Assembly: GCA_964016885.1 (NCBI GenBank)
Contig: OZ024761.1
Span: 4,216,001 to 4,280,000 of the forward strand
DNA length: 64,000 bases
From: Eledone cirrhosa
Lineage: Eukaryota
Direction of reading: 5' to 3'
Shown: in pieces, positions 12,899 through 25,949 of the stretch
Numbering within the stretch: the first letter of the stretch is position 1
How the letters are laid out: each line of letters starts with the position of its first letter
Notes under the pieces: model-generated
Databases searched by the model: none
What the model saw: only the letters and a program-made list of their open reading frames with translations
What the model was told of the DNA's origin: nothing
Program-made: the position numbers and the translations under genes

Positions 12899-13135
12899 TA
12901 TATAAACAAGGTCCCTCCCATAGTTGAGGTGGATGGTTGTTGACTGAGGAGTTCATCCACCCTTTAACAGCTGTTTTTTTGTGCTACTGGGGTTCAACAT
13001 ACCTTCCTTACCAAAGCAGGGTCAGGCGGGGAGCTGGATTAGTCGCTGACCGCTCGACCATGAAGTAGATTGTACTGGGTTACACGGTACCAGTTGTAGG
13101 CAGAAGGCTGACCTGATCTTAATATATATATACAT

Positions 13136-13166
<31 letters not shown>

Positions 13167-13304
13167 ATTAAGTATAATGAATTATACGTTTAGATTCCGT
13201 ATAGCCCAGACACCATCCACAGACTCAATGAATTTACAAAAATCACATGTTGTAAATACGAATCTGTAAGCCAGAATGGACACTATACATTAACTCATTA
13301 CTAT

Positions 13305-14208
13305 TTACATTACTCTATATATACTATTGTATTTTCACAGTAAAGGCTTTACCTCACATAATATCTCACATAACATTTACATTACTCTATATATACTATT
13401 GTATTTTCACTGTAAAGGCTTTACCTCACATAATATCTCACATAACATTTACATTACTCTATATATACTATTGTATTTTCACTGTAAAGGCTTTACCTCA
13501 CATAACATTTACATTACTCTATATATACTATTGTATTTTCACTGTAAAGGCTTTACCTCACATAATATCTCACATAACATTTACATTACTCTATACATAC
13601 TATTGTATTTTCACTGTAAAGGCTTTACCTCACATAATATCTCACATAACATTTACATTACTCTATATATACTATTGTATTTTCACAGTAAAGGCTTTAC
13701 CTCACATAACATTTACATTACTCTATATATACTATTGTATTTTCACAGTAAAGGCTTTACCTCACATAATATCTCACATAACATTTACATTACACTATAT
13801 ATACTATTGTATTTTCACCGTAAAGGCTTTACCCCACATAATATCTCACATAACATTTACATTACACTATATATACTATTGTATTTTCACAGTAAAGGCT
13901 TTACCTCACATAATATCTCACATAACATTTACATTACACTATATATACTATTGTATTTTCACCGTAAAGGCTTTACCCCACATAATATCTCACATAACAT
14001 TTACATTACACTATATATACTATTGTATTTTCACAGTAAAGGCTTTACCTCACATAATATCTCACATAACATTTACATTACTCTATATATACTATTGTAT
14101 TTTCACAGTAAAGGCTTTACCTCACATAATATCTCACATAACATTTACATAACTCTATATATACTATTGTATTTTCACAGTAAAGGCTTTACCTCACATA
14201 ATATCTCA
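13305..14208. repeat. 72-bp minisatellite derived from a TTAA-type MITE terminus
   Basis: Unit acatttacattactctatatatactattgtattttcacagtaaaggctttacctcacataatatctcacata; same unit at 47840-48620. Confidence 0.95.
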
Positions 14209-14595
14209 CCTACCTGCATCAGTTGTTAGCTGTCGAGACACTGCATCCTTGAAGGCCTCTATGCTTCCCGAGATCCGCCAACACTACAGCTAACACATAC
14301 ACACATGTACTTCCCTGACATTTGTGTATTATTCTATGTACTATACATACACCTTTGACGAGTTGTAGTGCACCTGAGCACTTTACACAATAATTTCATT
14401 ATTATTATTATTATAACATTTACATTACTCTATATATACTATTGTATTGTCATGGTAAAGGTTTTACCTCACATAAATATCTCACACAATATTAAGACAC
14501 ACTTAATCCAGGGACCAGAGAGTCAGGTACTTTTTTGGACTGAAGTAAAATAAAATGTTTGTTTTATTTTGATGTTAAATTAAAGTAATTTTTAC

Positions 14596-14645
14596 CATCT
14601 GTGTCCCACAATTTCCATGTTCCATCTTTGGAGGCTGAAGCCATT
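14596..14645 (-). CDS. TBL2: TBL2 coding exon 8 (RMASASKDGTWKLWDTD)
   Basis: cctcag acceptor and GTAAAA donor; 50 nt, phase 2-1; WD-repeat end matching TBL2 MASVSKDGTWKLWDTD. Confidence 0.92.
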
Positions 14646-15091
14646 CTGAGGATATACCAAAGGAAAAATACCTTATATACATACTGAAGAAACATACATA
14701 CATACACTTACAGAAACAGATGCACACATACACACACAGTAATACACACACACACTGACAGAAACACATGTACATATACACATACAATAAACAAAACAAT
14801 CCATTCACACACACAAACATCCAGACACACACACACACAAACCACCCCCACCCCCACATACAAAATATCAACACAGATGCTCACACATACACAAAAATAT
14901 TGACACATACACACACATGCATATTGACACACATGCACACACACACGCATATTGACACACATACACACACAAAAAAAACATCTACACACACAAACATCCA
15001 GATACCCGCCCACAAACGACCAGACACCCACACACAAAAATCTCAATGCAGGAGACAGAATGTAAAATAAACTTGTAGATGTGTACAAAAC

Positions 15092-15227
15092 CTTGTTGAG
15101 TCCATATTAAAACTGAAGCACTTCACACCAGCGCTGTGTCCTTTCAGGTCAAAAGCTCTGGAAACTTCTTTGAACGCCAAAGTCTTATCATAACAAACTT
15201 CCCACACCTTGACATCGGGTGTAAAGC
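15092..15227 (-). CDS. TBL2: TBL2 coding exon 7 (GFTPDVKVWEVC...AFDLKGHSAGV...DSTR)
   Basis: taacag acceptor and GTTTTG donor; 136 nt, phase 1-2; GFTPDVKVWEVC is a TBL2 signature. Confidence 0.93.
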
Positions 15228-15261
15228 CTGTTAAATAAAAACACACAAATACAAATATACG

Positions 15262-15292
<31 letters not shown>

Positions 15293-15454
15293 GCATATAT
15301 ATATATATATATATAAGCAGAAGGGATATTCAATTTGTTGGTAATTCAACAAATATAAATGTTTATAACTGATTCAGAGCACTCAACAGTATTTTCTGGG
15401 GTTTAATACACAATGATATTAAATAAATGGAAACTATATTTATAAAACCATATT

Positions 15455-15515
15455 TATTCTATTATATATATTTCAAGGGTACCAAAATTTTGGTACGCTA
15501 TCATCAGATAAAATA
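15455..15515 (-). ncRNA. Type I hammerhead ribozyme motif (family H1), intact core
   Basis: TATTTTAT-CTGATGA-tagcGTACCAaaattTTGGTACcctt-GAAA-TATATA-TA^ATAGAATA; decayed inverted copy at 15575-15627. Confidence 0.7.
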
Positions 15516-15746
15516 TCCCAGGATAACTTGAACTGTTTATGTTGGTTATGTTAAAATTTATAAAACAAACTTCGTATTTTATCTGATGGGAGTGTACCAA
15601 AATTTTGGTACCCTTGAAATATATATTATGTTTGCTGAAAATTAAAGTAAGTGAGACTGTCACTACTCTAAAACAATAGCATAAGGTCTTCGAAATGCTT
15701 TTAATTAAGCATACAGTGTATTGCAAAATACACCATATATACATTC

Positions 15747-15778
<32 letters not shown>

Positions 15779-16539
15779 GTATATATATATATATATGTAA
15801 ATATGTATATATGTATTGATGAATAGCTTATGTTAATTTTAACCCTTCTGTTGAGAACTCTATTCGATTTGTAATGTTTTTGCATTCTTGCAAAAATATA
15901 CACAACTGAATTCATTCGCCTGATATAGGGGTTGCCTCCCTTGCCGATCCCCACGTGGGGTCAGCAATAGTCAGTCCTTGTATTAACATTGAACTAAAAC
16001 CTGTTGAGAAAGTGGCTTCCTTGTTCAATCATCTTACCAGAAGCCTGACATTATTTATGTAAGCGGACGGTACTTGATTTAGGAGCCGCAGAAACCCATA
16101 TACTGGATTTTACCAACCTTCCAGGGGTCCGGGTAAATTTTCAATACCCGAATTACTTGATCGTTTTTTTTGGCTATGCGAATTATTGTTTAACCATCGT
16201 CTCAGTGTGTTTGGCCTTTAACGTTTGTTATGGCTCTGGTTCATCTGAATCATTGAGCACTTGCCGCACATCTCGGAGGTTGTTTTTCGTTATTTCGTGG
16301 GCCGAAATGTGAATCTCGATAATTTATGTTTATATATATATATATACATATAGTTAGGGAAGCAGAAAATTGCTTATTGTGATCCAGTTCGTGGTTAAGA
16401 AAGCCAGTTTCATGGACGGTTTCAACGTACGGTTAGGGGTAACTCCACAAGTTTGTAAGAATTCTGTTCAATCTTGGAGTATAAAGTATAAAAGAGAAAA
16501 CACGTGTTTTCTCTCTTATGCTATATATATATATATATA

Positions 16540-16901
16540 CAGTTGTCCCCCTGTATTCACGGTGGGTTTGTTCCTAGACCACCCACAAAGAGTGAAAAAC
16601 AACAAATATTGAACGTGGTCCATAAAAATGCCTATAAATGTCAAAATATAATATAAAATATTTTTAAAAAAAGGGAGCATCTTATGCGAAGGGGCGTCCA
16701 ATAGGCCAGCAAATACGGTATATTGTTACTAATAGTTTAGTGTTAAAAATATATATATTGTCATGAAAAAAGCCAATAAAAACCGTGGAAGATATTTACA
16801 ATTCTGTGAATATGCAGTGATTTCCACGAACCATTATTAGTTGGGTTGTAAGGAACATCCCGCAAATAACCAGACCAACCACGAATGCCAGGGATTTACT
16901 G
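16540..16901. mobile_element. Old Tc1/mariner-pogo (Tigger-like) MITE
   Basis: TA|CAGT...ACTG|TA with diverged ~23-bp TIRs. Confidence 0.55.
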
Positions 16902-17539
16902 TATCATCATCATCATTTTACGTCCGCTTTTCCCTGCTTGCAAGAGTGAGACGGGAACTGATTCTGGCTTGATTTCTACAGCTGGATGCCCTTCCTAACA
17001 CCAACCTCATTTACAGTGAGTGCTGGGTGCTTCTTTTTCCGTGGCACCTACACGTCCACTTTACAGTGTGGGCTGGGTGCTCCACGACTCTTTGCAGTGG
17101 AATATATATATATATATATACATGTATACACATGTATACACATATATACACATACATACAACAGTCTTCTGTCGTTCTTGTCTACCAAATTTCACTCATA
17201 ACGTATACAAAAACAAAACAAACAAAAAAACACCTTTTTACCCCATAACACGATGATGATGATGGTGATAAACATCCTGCAATGATTTAGTAATTTAGCA
17301 GAAAATAAGTTAATTCAAATGTTTATAGTATCTTTACTAGTGGACAGATTGCTGTGAACACTTACAGTATTAGCGTAAAGTCTTCAATATTTAGTGTGAT
17401 GCAGTCATAGTGATATTTTGTACTTTACAAGAATGCCTTGCTCATGTAGTTTCATGTGGTGCAACATGTTTCTCAAGTTCCCTACCTCCTCTATAAAGTG
17501 ATCCCCCATGGAGCCATCACAAAAGGGCCCAGCCCACTA

Positions 17540-19180
17540 TAGTGGTCATGTAGGTGTCATGAAAAAAGTGAGTACCCAGTCCACACTGTAAAGTGGTCAT
17601 GTAGGTGTGTCACAACAAACAGCACCCAGTCCACACTGTAAAGTGGTCATGTAGGTGTCACAACAACACCCAGTCCACACTGTAAAGTGGTAATGCAAGC
17701 GTCACAACAAAAATCACCCAGTCCACCCTGTAAAGTGGTCATGTAGGTGTCACAACAAAAAGCACCTAGTCCACACTGTAAAGTGGTCATGTAGGTGTCA
17801 CAACAAAAAGCACCCAGTCCACACTGTAAAGTGGTCATGTAGGTGTCACAACAAAAAGCACCCAGTCCACACTGTAAAGTGGTCATGTAGGTGTCATGAC
17901 AAAAAGCACCCAGTCCACACTATAAAGTGGTCATGTAGGTGTCACAACAAAAAGCACCCAGTCCACACTGTAAAGTGGTCATGTAGGTGTCATGACAAAA
18001 AGCACCCAGTCCACACTATAAAGTGGTCATGTAGGTGTCACAACAAAAAGTACCCAGTCCACACTGTAAAGTGGTCATGTAGGTGTCACAACAGAAATCA
18101 CCCAGTCCACACTGTAAAGTGGTCATGTAGGTGTCACAACAGAAATCACCCAGTCCATACTGTAAAGTGGTCATGTAGGTGTCACAACAGAAATCACCCA
18201 GTCCACACTGTAAAGTGGTCATGTAGGTGTCACGATAAAAAGCACCCAGTCCACACTGTAAAGTGGTTGTGTAGGTGTCACAACAAAAAGCACCCAGTCC
18301 ACACTGTAAAGTGGTTGTGTAGGTGTCACAACAAAAAGCACCCAGTCCACACTGTAAAGTGGTTGTGTAGGTGTCACAACAGAAATCACCCAGTCCACAC
18401 TGTAAAGTGGTTGTGTAGGTGTCACAACAAAAAGCACCCAGTCCACACTGTAAAGTGGTTGTGTAGGTGTCACAACAAAAAGCACCCAGTCCACACTGTA
18501 AAGTGGTCATGTAGGTGTCACAACAAAAAGCACCCAGTCCACACTGTAAAGTGGTCATGTAGGTGTCATGACAAAAAGCACCCAGTCCACACTGTAAAGT
18601 GGTTGTGTAGGTGTCACAACAGAAAGCACCCAGTCCACACTGTAAAGTGGTTGTGTAGGTGTCACAACAGAAAGCACCCAGTCCACACTGTAAAGTGGTT
18701 GTGTAGGTGTCACAACAAAAAGCACCCACCCCACACTGTAAAGTGGTCATGAAGGTGTCACAACAAAAAGCACCCAGTCCACACTGTAAAGTGGTTGTGT
18801 AGGTGTCACAACAGAAAGCACCCAGTCCACACTGTAAAGTGGTTGTGTAGGTGTCACAACAGAAAGCACCCAGTCCACACTGTAAAGTGGTTGTGTAGGT
18901 GTCACAACAGAAAGCACCCAGTCCACACTGTAAAGTGGTCATGTAGGTGTCACAACAGAAAGCACCCAGTCCACACTGTAAAGTGGTCATGTAGGTGTCA
19001 CAACAGAAAGCACCCACCCCACACTGTAAAGTGGATGGTGTTAGAAAGGGCATGCAGCCATAGAAACCAAATCAGTTCTGTGTGAGTGAATCACGGTCCC
19101 CCGACCTGATCTCTCACAAAGGGACAGCCCATCCTACCCATGCTAGCGTGGAAGATGGACGTTAAACAATGATGATGATG
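17540..19180. repeat. 48-bp minisatellite (~30 copies) expanded inside a SINE body
   Basis: Unit gtcacaacaaaaagcacccagtccacactgtaaagtggtcatgtaggt, merging into the SINE 3' part and (gat)n tail at 19030-19180. Confidence 0.95.
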
Positions 19181-19341
19181 AGAGTTGTGTGATTCGTCAC
19201 TTGGCGTTATTTTATAAGATACATGGTGTGTTGGTGGTAGTTTAGTTTTAATTTTATTTTGGTGTTGTCTTGTGCTGATTCAATCATGTTTTTCAAGAAT
19301 CACCATTTAATGTCAGCTTTCATTGCTAAGACGCAGCAAAT

Positions 19342-20160
19342 TGGCAGAGTTGTTAGAACGTTAGATAGAATGGTAGAGTTGTTAGAACGTTAGATAGAAT
19401 GGTAGAGTTGTTAGAACGTTAGATAGAATGGTAGAGTTGTTAGAACGTTAGATAGAATGGTAGAGTTGTTAGAACGTTAGATAGAATGGTAGAGTTGTTA
19501 GAACGTTAGATAGAATGGTAGAGTTGTTAGAACGTTAGATAGAATGGTAGAGTTGTTAGAACGTTAGATAGAATGGTAGAGTTGTTAGAACGTTAGATAG
19601 AATGGTAGAGTTGTTAGAACGTTAGATAGAATGGTAGAGTTGTTAGAACGTTAGATAGAATGGTAGAGTTGTTAGAACGTTAGATAGAATGGTAGAGTTG
19701 TTAGAACGTTAGATAGAATGGTAGAGTTGTTAGAACGTTAGATAGAATGGTAGAGTTGTTAGAACGTTAGATAGAATGGTAGAGTTGTTAGAACGTCAGA
19801 TAGAATGGCAGAGTGGTTAGAACGTTAGATAGAATGGTAGAGTTGTTAGAACGTTAGATAGAATGGTAGAGTTGTTAGAACGTTAGATAGAATGGTAGAG
19901 TTGTTAGAACGTTAGATAGAATGGTAGAGTGGTGAGAACGTCAGATAGAATGGCAGAGTTGTTAGAACGTCAGATAGAATGGCAGAGTTGTTAGAACGTC
20001 AGATAGAATGGCAGAGTGGTTAGAACGTTAGATAGAATGATTTGCGGTATTCATTCCGGCTCTCTCCTCTCTGAGGTCAAATCTCTTTGAGGTCAACTTT
20101 ACTTTTCATCCATTTGAGGTTGATAAATAAAGTACCAGTTTAGTACTGGGGTCGATTCTT
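19342..20160 (+). repeat. SINE with its A-box head amplified as a 29-bp array (~24 copies)
   Basis: (TGGTAGAGTTGTTAGAACGTTAGATAGAA)n at 19342-20038, followed by the B box and family-A-like body. Confidence 0.85.
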
Positions 20161-20466
20161 CCTCTATATCTCTTTCTCGTTCTATATCCTTCTCTAGAAG
20201 AAATCTGTTGTATTCAGACCTGGAGATAGACTCCTCCAGGCTTAAAATGTCCAAGAAATGGCATATGCCGCTGCAGCATTCTCATACATTCCCTGCTAGC
20301 AAGGGTTGGACAGGTCATCATAGACAAAGTCAGTACTGAAGCGGGGTTACTGACCTCACAGACAGGCCAAGGGGCCTGTATCCTGCTTACGTACGGTCAT
20401 ATTGAGTGCAGAGTGTCAAGCTAATGTGGTCTGATGGCGTCTAGGATATTAAATATAATACATTAC

Positions 20467-20553
20467 CTGAAGATCCAATGAAACGGCCACAATGTGAGAC
20501 TTGGACTAAACTGTTGGTCACTTGATGTGTATCAATGGTAGCTAGAATGTCTC
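20467..20553 (-). CDS. TBL2: TBL2 coding exon 6 (GDILATIDTHQVTNSLVQVSHCGRFIGSSG)
   Basis: tttccag acceptor and GTAATG donor; 87 nt, phase 1-1; not in the ORF track; aligns by eye with GQVLSTINTNQMNN...VSPCGRFVASCG. Confidence 0.9.
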
Positions 20554-20669
20554 CTGGAAACAACAGAGAGATAAAAGGCATCATTTAGAATAGTTAAGGT
20601 TGGTATATATATAAGGGGTATATATATAAGGTTGGTATATATATAAGATATATATACAAGGTATATATA

Positions 20670-21560
20670 CAGGGTGCGGACGATATTTGTTCGCAATTTT
20701 CAACTGCTAATTTTATGCAAATTTTTTTACTTCCGTTGTCACTCTTGTCTTCATAAAAACAGTGACTATATTTCCATTATTTATTTTCAGAATAATTGAT
20801 TATGAATAATTTTGAACCTCCAAATTTGTGGAAGAGCCACGGAGTTCTTCTTGGAATCCATGCCGGGAGGACAGATAAGACCAGAAGATCAACTCCCAGA
20901 ACAACAGGTGGCTCGCTGTCTCATCCAAAGATGTGACCAGAGTCATGCAGACAAAGTTTCCAGCGACAACATTGGTCTTAGGTGTCGTCAGCAGTCAAGG
21001 TGACGTCATGCAACCTCACTTCTTCCCTGAGGGCCTCAAGCTGAACACCGATGGCTACATCCGCGTTCTGAGCGAGGTAGTAAAGCCCTGGATCGACCAG
21101 GTAGCTGCAGGTAGGCCGTACGTGTGGCAGCAAGACTCAGCGCCCTGCCATACCAGCCGAAAGACCCAAGCCTGGCTGTCAGAGAACTTCGTCGACCACA
21201 CTTCACCTGACATCTGGCCTCCCAGCTCGCCTGACTGCAACCCCCTCGACTTCTTTGTGTGGGGCGCAGTGGAATGAGACACCAACAGATCTAACTGCAA
21301 TACGAAAGACGATCTGAAGGTCAGGATCACAAGTGCCTTTAGGGACCTAAGTCGGGGGACAGTGACGAAGGCCTGTAGCCGGTTCCGAGGCCGCATTGAG
21401 GCCGCCATCAAAGCCAATGGCGGGTTTATCGAATGAGATCGAAAGAACAAGTTATGAAGACAAACTGACCCAAGTTTGATAAATAAATCTTAAAAAATAA
21501 AACTACTGTGTTACTTTTTACTAGACAGTAATCTTGCGAACAAATATCGTCCGCACCCTG
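20670..21560 (+). mobile_element. Internally deleted mariner-superfamily transposon, DD37D (maT) type
   Basis: Perfect 27-bp TIRs CAGGGTGCGGACGATATTTGTTCGCAA with TA flanks; WQQDSAPCH...WPPSSPDCNPLDFFVWG with 37 residues between the 2nd and 3rd Asp; stop at 21277. Confidence 0.92.
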
Positions 21561-22500
21561 TATATAAGGTATATATATAAGGTATATATATATATATATA
21601 AGGCATATATATATAAGGTATATATATAAGGAATATATATTAGGTATATATATAAGGTATATATATATAAGGCATATATATATAAGGTATATATATAAGG
21701 AATATATATTAGGTATATATATAAGGTATATATATATATAAGGTATATATATATATAAGGTATATATATATAAGGTATATATATTAGGTATATATATAAG
21801 GTATATATATAAGGCATATATATATATATATAAAGTATATATAAAAGGTATATATATATATAAGGTATATATATAAGGCATATATATATAAAGTATATAT
21901 AAAAGGTATATATATGAGGTATATATATAAGGTATATATATATATATAAGGTATATATATAGAAAGTATATATATAAAGTATATATATAAGGTATATATA
22001 CGAGATATATATATATATAAAGTATATATATATATAAGGTATATATATATATAAGGTATATATATATATATAAAAGGTATGTATATATAAGGTATATATA
22101 TATATATAAGGTATATATATATATAAGGTATATATATGAGGTATATATATAAGGTTTTTATATAAGGTATATATATATATAAGGTATATATATAAGGTAT
22201 ATATATGAGGTATATATATATATAAGGTATATATATGAGGTATATATATATAAGGTTGGTATATAAGGTATATATATGAGGTGTATATATATATAAGGTA
22301 TATATGAGGTATATATATAAGGTATATATATGAGGTATATATATATATAAGGTATATATATGAGGTATATATATATATAAGGTATATGAGGTATATATAT
22401 ATATAAGGTATATATATGAGGTATATATATATATAAGGTATATATATGAGGTATATATATATATAAGGTATATATATGAGGTATATATATAAGGTTGGTA
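21561..22500. repeat. Degenerate ((TA)nAGG)n simple repeat
   Basis: The same motif lies left of the transposon (20595-20669), so the transposon landed inside this repeat. Confidence 0.9.
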
Positions 22501-22935
22501 TATATCGGTTTTTATATTAACAGGAATTACAGAATTTTAGAATAACCAAAATTTCTTTCAACACACTATGTGTGTGTGAGTATGTGCATACATTTATATG
22601 TGTGAGTATATAAATATAAACGTGCAAACAGACACACAAAAATACACACTCATACATTCACACACACACATACATTCACGCACACACACATTCACACAAA
22701 CATACATTCACATAAACGCACATACATTCACACAAACACACACATACATTCACACACAAACACATACATTCACACAAACACACACATACATTCACACAAA
22801 CACATACATTCACACAAACACACACATACATTCACACAAACACATACATACACAGCATAGCAAATGGAACGCCAGCCACTATTTTGCTACAGTTTTTCAC
22901 CACCCTCTTCCTTCCTTTTACATACACATACATTC

Positions 22936-23512
22936 ACACAGGCAGCAGAGGTAAAGAGAGAGGAGTAGTATGGGGTAGTCAAACTACTCCTCTCTCTTTA
23001 CATGTTGTACACAGGCAGCAGAGGTAAAGAGAAAGGAGTAGTATGAGATAGACAAACTACTCCTCTCTCTTTACATGTTGTACACAGGCAGCAGAGGTAA
23101 AGAGAAAGGAGTAGTATGAGATAGTCAAACTACTCCTCTCTCTTTACATGTTGTACACAGGCAGCAGAGGTAAAGAGAAAGGAGTAGTATGAGATAGACA
23201 AACTACTCCTCTCTCTTTACATGTTGTACACAGGCAGCAGAGGTAAAGAGAAAGGAGTAGTATGAGATAGTCAAACTACTCCTCTCTCTTTACATGTTGT
23301 ACACAGGCAGCAGAGGTAAAGAGAAAGGAGTAGTATGAGATAGTCAAACTACTCCTCTCTCTTTATATGTTGTACACAGGCAGCAGAGGTAAAGAGAGAG
23401 GAGTAGTATGAGATAGTCAAACTACTCTCTCTTTACATGTTGTACACAGGCAGCAGAGGTAAAGAGAGAGGAGTAGTATGAGATAGTCAAACTACTCTCT
23501 CTTTACATGTTG
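22936..23512. repeat. 73-bp minisatellite (8 copies), each unit with a 19-bp hairpin stem
   Basis: GTAAAGAGAGAGGAGTAGT...ACTACTCCTCTCTCTTTAC within every unit. Confidence 0.93.
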
Positions 23513-23638
23513 TGACAGAATCGCAGAAATTTATATATAGATGAAGAATTTCAGAACAAAAATAATAAAGTATTTTAGAGAAATGAGGAATTTCAGAATT
23601 AGAGAATTTTAGAATAAAAAACTGGTAACAAGGCTCAC

Positions 23639-23738
23639 CTTTTATACTGATGACAACTATTGTAGTATTGGCGTAGCCCACCATGATAAACCGACCATTA
23701 GAAGCCACATCTACATTAAGTATATCAGCTTGGTTGTA
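23639..23738 (-). CDS. TBL2: TBL2 coding exon 5 (YNQADILNVDVASNGRFIMVGYANTTIVVISIKG)
   Basis: atttcag acceptor and GTGAGC donor; 100 nt, phase 0-1. Confidence 0.9.
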
Positions 23739-23836
23739 CTGAAATAATGAAACAAATTAAATCTACAACTCGTACCTATTTAGGTTTAGTTGGCCTCCTA
23801 CAAGGTTGTATCTCATAGGAGGTTTCTTGGGTGTTT

Positions 23837-24047
23837 TAACCATATAGCATTTACATCACTCTACATATACTATAGTATTATCTTACATAATTATCTCACA
23901 TAGTATCGAATCAATGAGATTTTAATGTTATTTATTTTGAGAAGAATGCCTTAACAGCAGTATGAGCAGATGGTTATGGCCAGTTTGAACAGAAAGAGGT
24001 GAGAGAATCCAGGCCGGATACAGCCGGTTTAAATGCTAAAGGGTTAA
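23837..24047. mobile_element. piggyBac-like (TTAA) MITE
   Basis: TTAA-CCATATAGCATTTA...TAAATGCTAAAGGG-TTAA; other copies at 32880-33077 and 47829-48717. Confidence 0.7.
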
Positions 24048-24287
24048 TGATAGGGACCCCAGTCCTATCATGTTGTTACAGCTCACACCTATGTAGGTTT
24101 AGCTGGCTTCCTGCAAGGATGTATCTCACAGGAGGTTTCTCAAGTGTTTTAACAATAGGGGGACCCAGTCCTATCGTGTTGTTACAGTTCACACCTATGT
24201 AGATTTAGCAGGAGGTTGGTGTGTTTAAATGACAGGGACCCCAGTTGAGACAGCTCCCACTTATGTATATATACACACACATACATA

Positions 24288-25203
24288 TCTATATATATAA
24301 AACTGAAGATGTCTGTCTGTGTGTGTGTGTGAGTTTGAATCCCTAAAACTCGAGAAGCACCCAACCGACTGTTTTCAAACTTTACACATGTAATACTTAT
24401 GTTTCAGGGAGTGTTCTGAGCAAAAGAAATTTCAAATTTTCAATGCCCTAAGGACCGCATTAGGCGATTTAGCGATCTCTCTCTATAATTCTTAGTCTTT
24501 CTCTTTTTAGATAGATACATAGATATAACGTCGCGCCCTTATAATATCTGTCTGTATGTCTGGCTGTCTGCATTACGTCACTTCCCTGAGGATGTCTGCC
24601 TCTGTGTGTGTGTGTATGAATCCCTAAAACTCGAGAAGTACCCATCCGACTTTTTTCAAACTTTACATGTGTATTACTTGTTTCAGGGAGTGTTATGCAC
24701 ATACAAAATTCAACTTTTTGATCCCCTAGGGCTCGCATTAGGTGAAAAACTGCCTTTTTTAGGTTTTTAAAGGTATTTTGAGGCGTTACGTCAGAACGAT
24801 TTCCTTGAAATTGTAACTATGTATTAGTCAGTCTCTTCTTCATACCGTGAGCAAAGAAAATCGAACTTTTTTATGGCCTAGGCCCTGCATTAGGTGAAAA
24901 ACTTCATCTTTTCAGCTTATTAGGGCTTTTTTGAGGCGTTACGTCTAGCTGATTTTCCGAAATTTCAAGGCATATTATGCACATAAAAAAAATTCATTTT
25001 CTTGATCCTCAAAAATTCATTTTCTTGATTAGGTGAAAACCTACATTTCTCCTGCTTCATCGAGGAAGATTATCCAGCCATCAGAGTATTCGGTTTATTT
25101 TCTTTACATATTGTCCAGGCATGCAGTTTTTCCACGATTAGGTCTGTTGGCGACCCGCGTTCCAAAATACCTTATCCCGTGCAACGCCGGGTACCACCGA
25201 TAG
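24288..25203 (+). mobile_element. Non-autonomous Helitron
   Basis: 5' TCTATATATATAAAA; 3' hairpin CCCGTGCAACGCCGGG then ATAG (degenerate CTAG); A^T insertion site; 3' end shared with the 56286-59213 element. Confidence 0.75.
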
Positions 25204-25330
25204 TATATATATATATATAAAGGTGTGGTAAGATACCAGGTGAGCCATAACGCACCAGAGTACTCAATACTTAGGGTAGTAGAGTGGGTAATAGGAAAAG
25301 ACTCTTTTCCTATATATATACATACATATA

Positions 25331-25611
25331 CAGCAACAAAGAGACGGATCTTCAGGTCTTAACAAAGGTCCAACTTCCACACCAATCTCAAGCTGTGGCA
25401 CGCTGCCCAGGCTTTGCTCTTCCTCTCGACCACATCATCTTCCATATTCCCAATCTTTGCTCGCAAATACAGGAAGTCCTCAACCATTAGTAATCTTCTT
25501 AACATATGTTGATGCCCTAAGGACACTGGTCCCACTGGCAGCGATAATGAGGGACAGAGACCGCTGGAGAGAACTCGTCCATGGATCTTGGGAATTTTAC
25601 CCGCCCTAGAG
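25331..25611. mobile_element. 5'-inverted, truncated RTE-like LINE with 13-bp TSD
   Basis: Minus strand VEDFLYL..KIG..ERKSKAWAACHSL (25331-25487) joined to the plus-strand 3' end (25499-25611); ATACATACATATA at 25318-25330 and 25612-25624. Confidence 0.8.
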
Positions 25612-25682
25612 ATACATACATATATATGTGTGTGTGTATGTATGCAAAAAGGATATAAAAGACTAAATGAATTATATCTTAC

Positions 25683-25791
25683 TTTAGGGAAATCAAATGT
25701 TGCCACAATATTGCCCATAGATCCATCATCTTTCTTTCCAATTCGGTAAATTCTTAGAATATTTTTTCTAGCCAGACTCACTATGAATGCT
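25683..25791 (-). CDS. TBL2: TBL2 coding exon 4 (KAFIVSLARKNILRIYRIGKKDDGSMGNIVATFDFPK)
   Basis: ctttag acceptor and GTAAGA donor; 109 nt, phase 2-0. Confidence 0.92.
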
Positions 25792-25949
25792 CTAAAGAGA
25801 AAAAATAGCAAAAAAAATAACATCATCATCATCACATCTACTTTCCAGATTTGCATGGGTTGGACAGGTTCTCATGGTCAGAGCGATCAATCTTGTTTAT
25901 TACCTTCCATATTTGGAACGGTTTCTATGGCCGGATGCCCTTCCTAATG

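Noticed and set aside
13327-14229. 300-aa repetitive ORF (also 18016-19053, 46661-47541, 47866-48639, 60263-61126, 61216-62343)
   Set aside because: Stop-free frames of minisatellites or microsatellites inside introns, not protein genes.
17540-20040. CRISPR-like appearance of regular arrays
   Set aside because: Units are head-to-tail with no unique spacers, there are no cas genes, and the context is eukaryotic.
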